From: Eledone cirrhosa
Lineage: Eukaryota
Length of the DNA stretch: 64,000 bases
Assembly: GCA_964016885.1 (NCBI GenBank)
Contig: OZ024741.1
Span: 339,698,001-339,762,000, forward strand
Reading direction: 5' to 3'
Below the pieces are notes generated by a model. The model saw nothing but the letters and a program-made list of their open reading frames with translations, ran no database searches and was not told where the DNA came from. Shown here piece after piece: positions 63,833 through 64,000 of this stretch. Position 1 is the first letter of the stretch. Each line of letters starts with the position of its first letter. The position numbers were made by a program, and so were the translations under genes.

Positions 63833-64000
63833 CGTTGTTGTTGTTTGTTTGTTGTTGTTTAGCCCCAGGTCAATCTTGACTAAATGAATATACCAACAAC
63901 ATTCCATTTGTGACCATTCCATCTTATTGTCAGCCCAGGTGTAGCAAGGACTATGTAATCGTTCATCTCCAGCGTTATCACCATTATCACCGTCTTCATC

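Overview
AT-rich, microsatellite-saturated animal non-genic DNA, either intergenic or from a large intron. The SINE families and (TA)n density suggest a cephalopod such as Octopus, but that is inference. I found no host protein-coding gene, rRNA, true tRNA or CRISPR array, and most of the supplied ORF track is translated microsatellite. The real coding remnants all belong to decayed retroelements: R4/Dong-like restriction-like-endonuclease (RLE) LINEs (5.1-8.3 kb, 17.0-19.6 kb, 23.6-24.3 kb, about 53.6 kb), a near-full-length Tx1/L1-group LINE (8.4-13.6 kb) with a 5'-truncated relative (62.0-63.7 kb), a CR1-group fragment, an RTE fragment and a Penelope-like RT+GIY-YIG element bracketed by an 89-bp inverted repeat. 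Also present are about 10 copies of one tRNA-derived SINE, a second SINE family, a hAT MITE and a Tigger-like MITE, an 8.3-kb 26-bp minisatellite and a 2-kb (GTGTT)n array. The most interesting signals are: (1) retroelements sort by microsatellite, with Dong-like and Tx1-like LINEs back-to-back in one (TTA)n, an RLE element in (TACA)n and Penelope-type pieces in (TA)n; (2) the main SINE shares its 3' terminus with the Tx1-like LINE; (3) minimal hammerhead ribozyme motifs lie inside small (TA)n-embedded foldback elements; (4) a bipartite RTE-derived non-autonomous family occurs in three copies; (5) the minisatellite has higher-order structure and may derive from the SINE.
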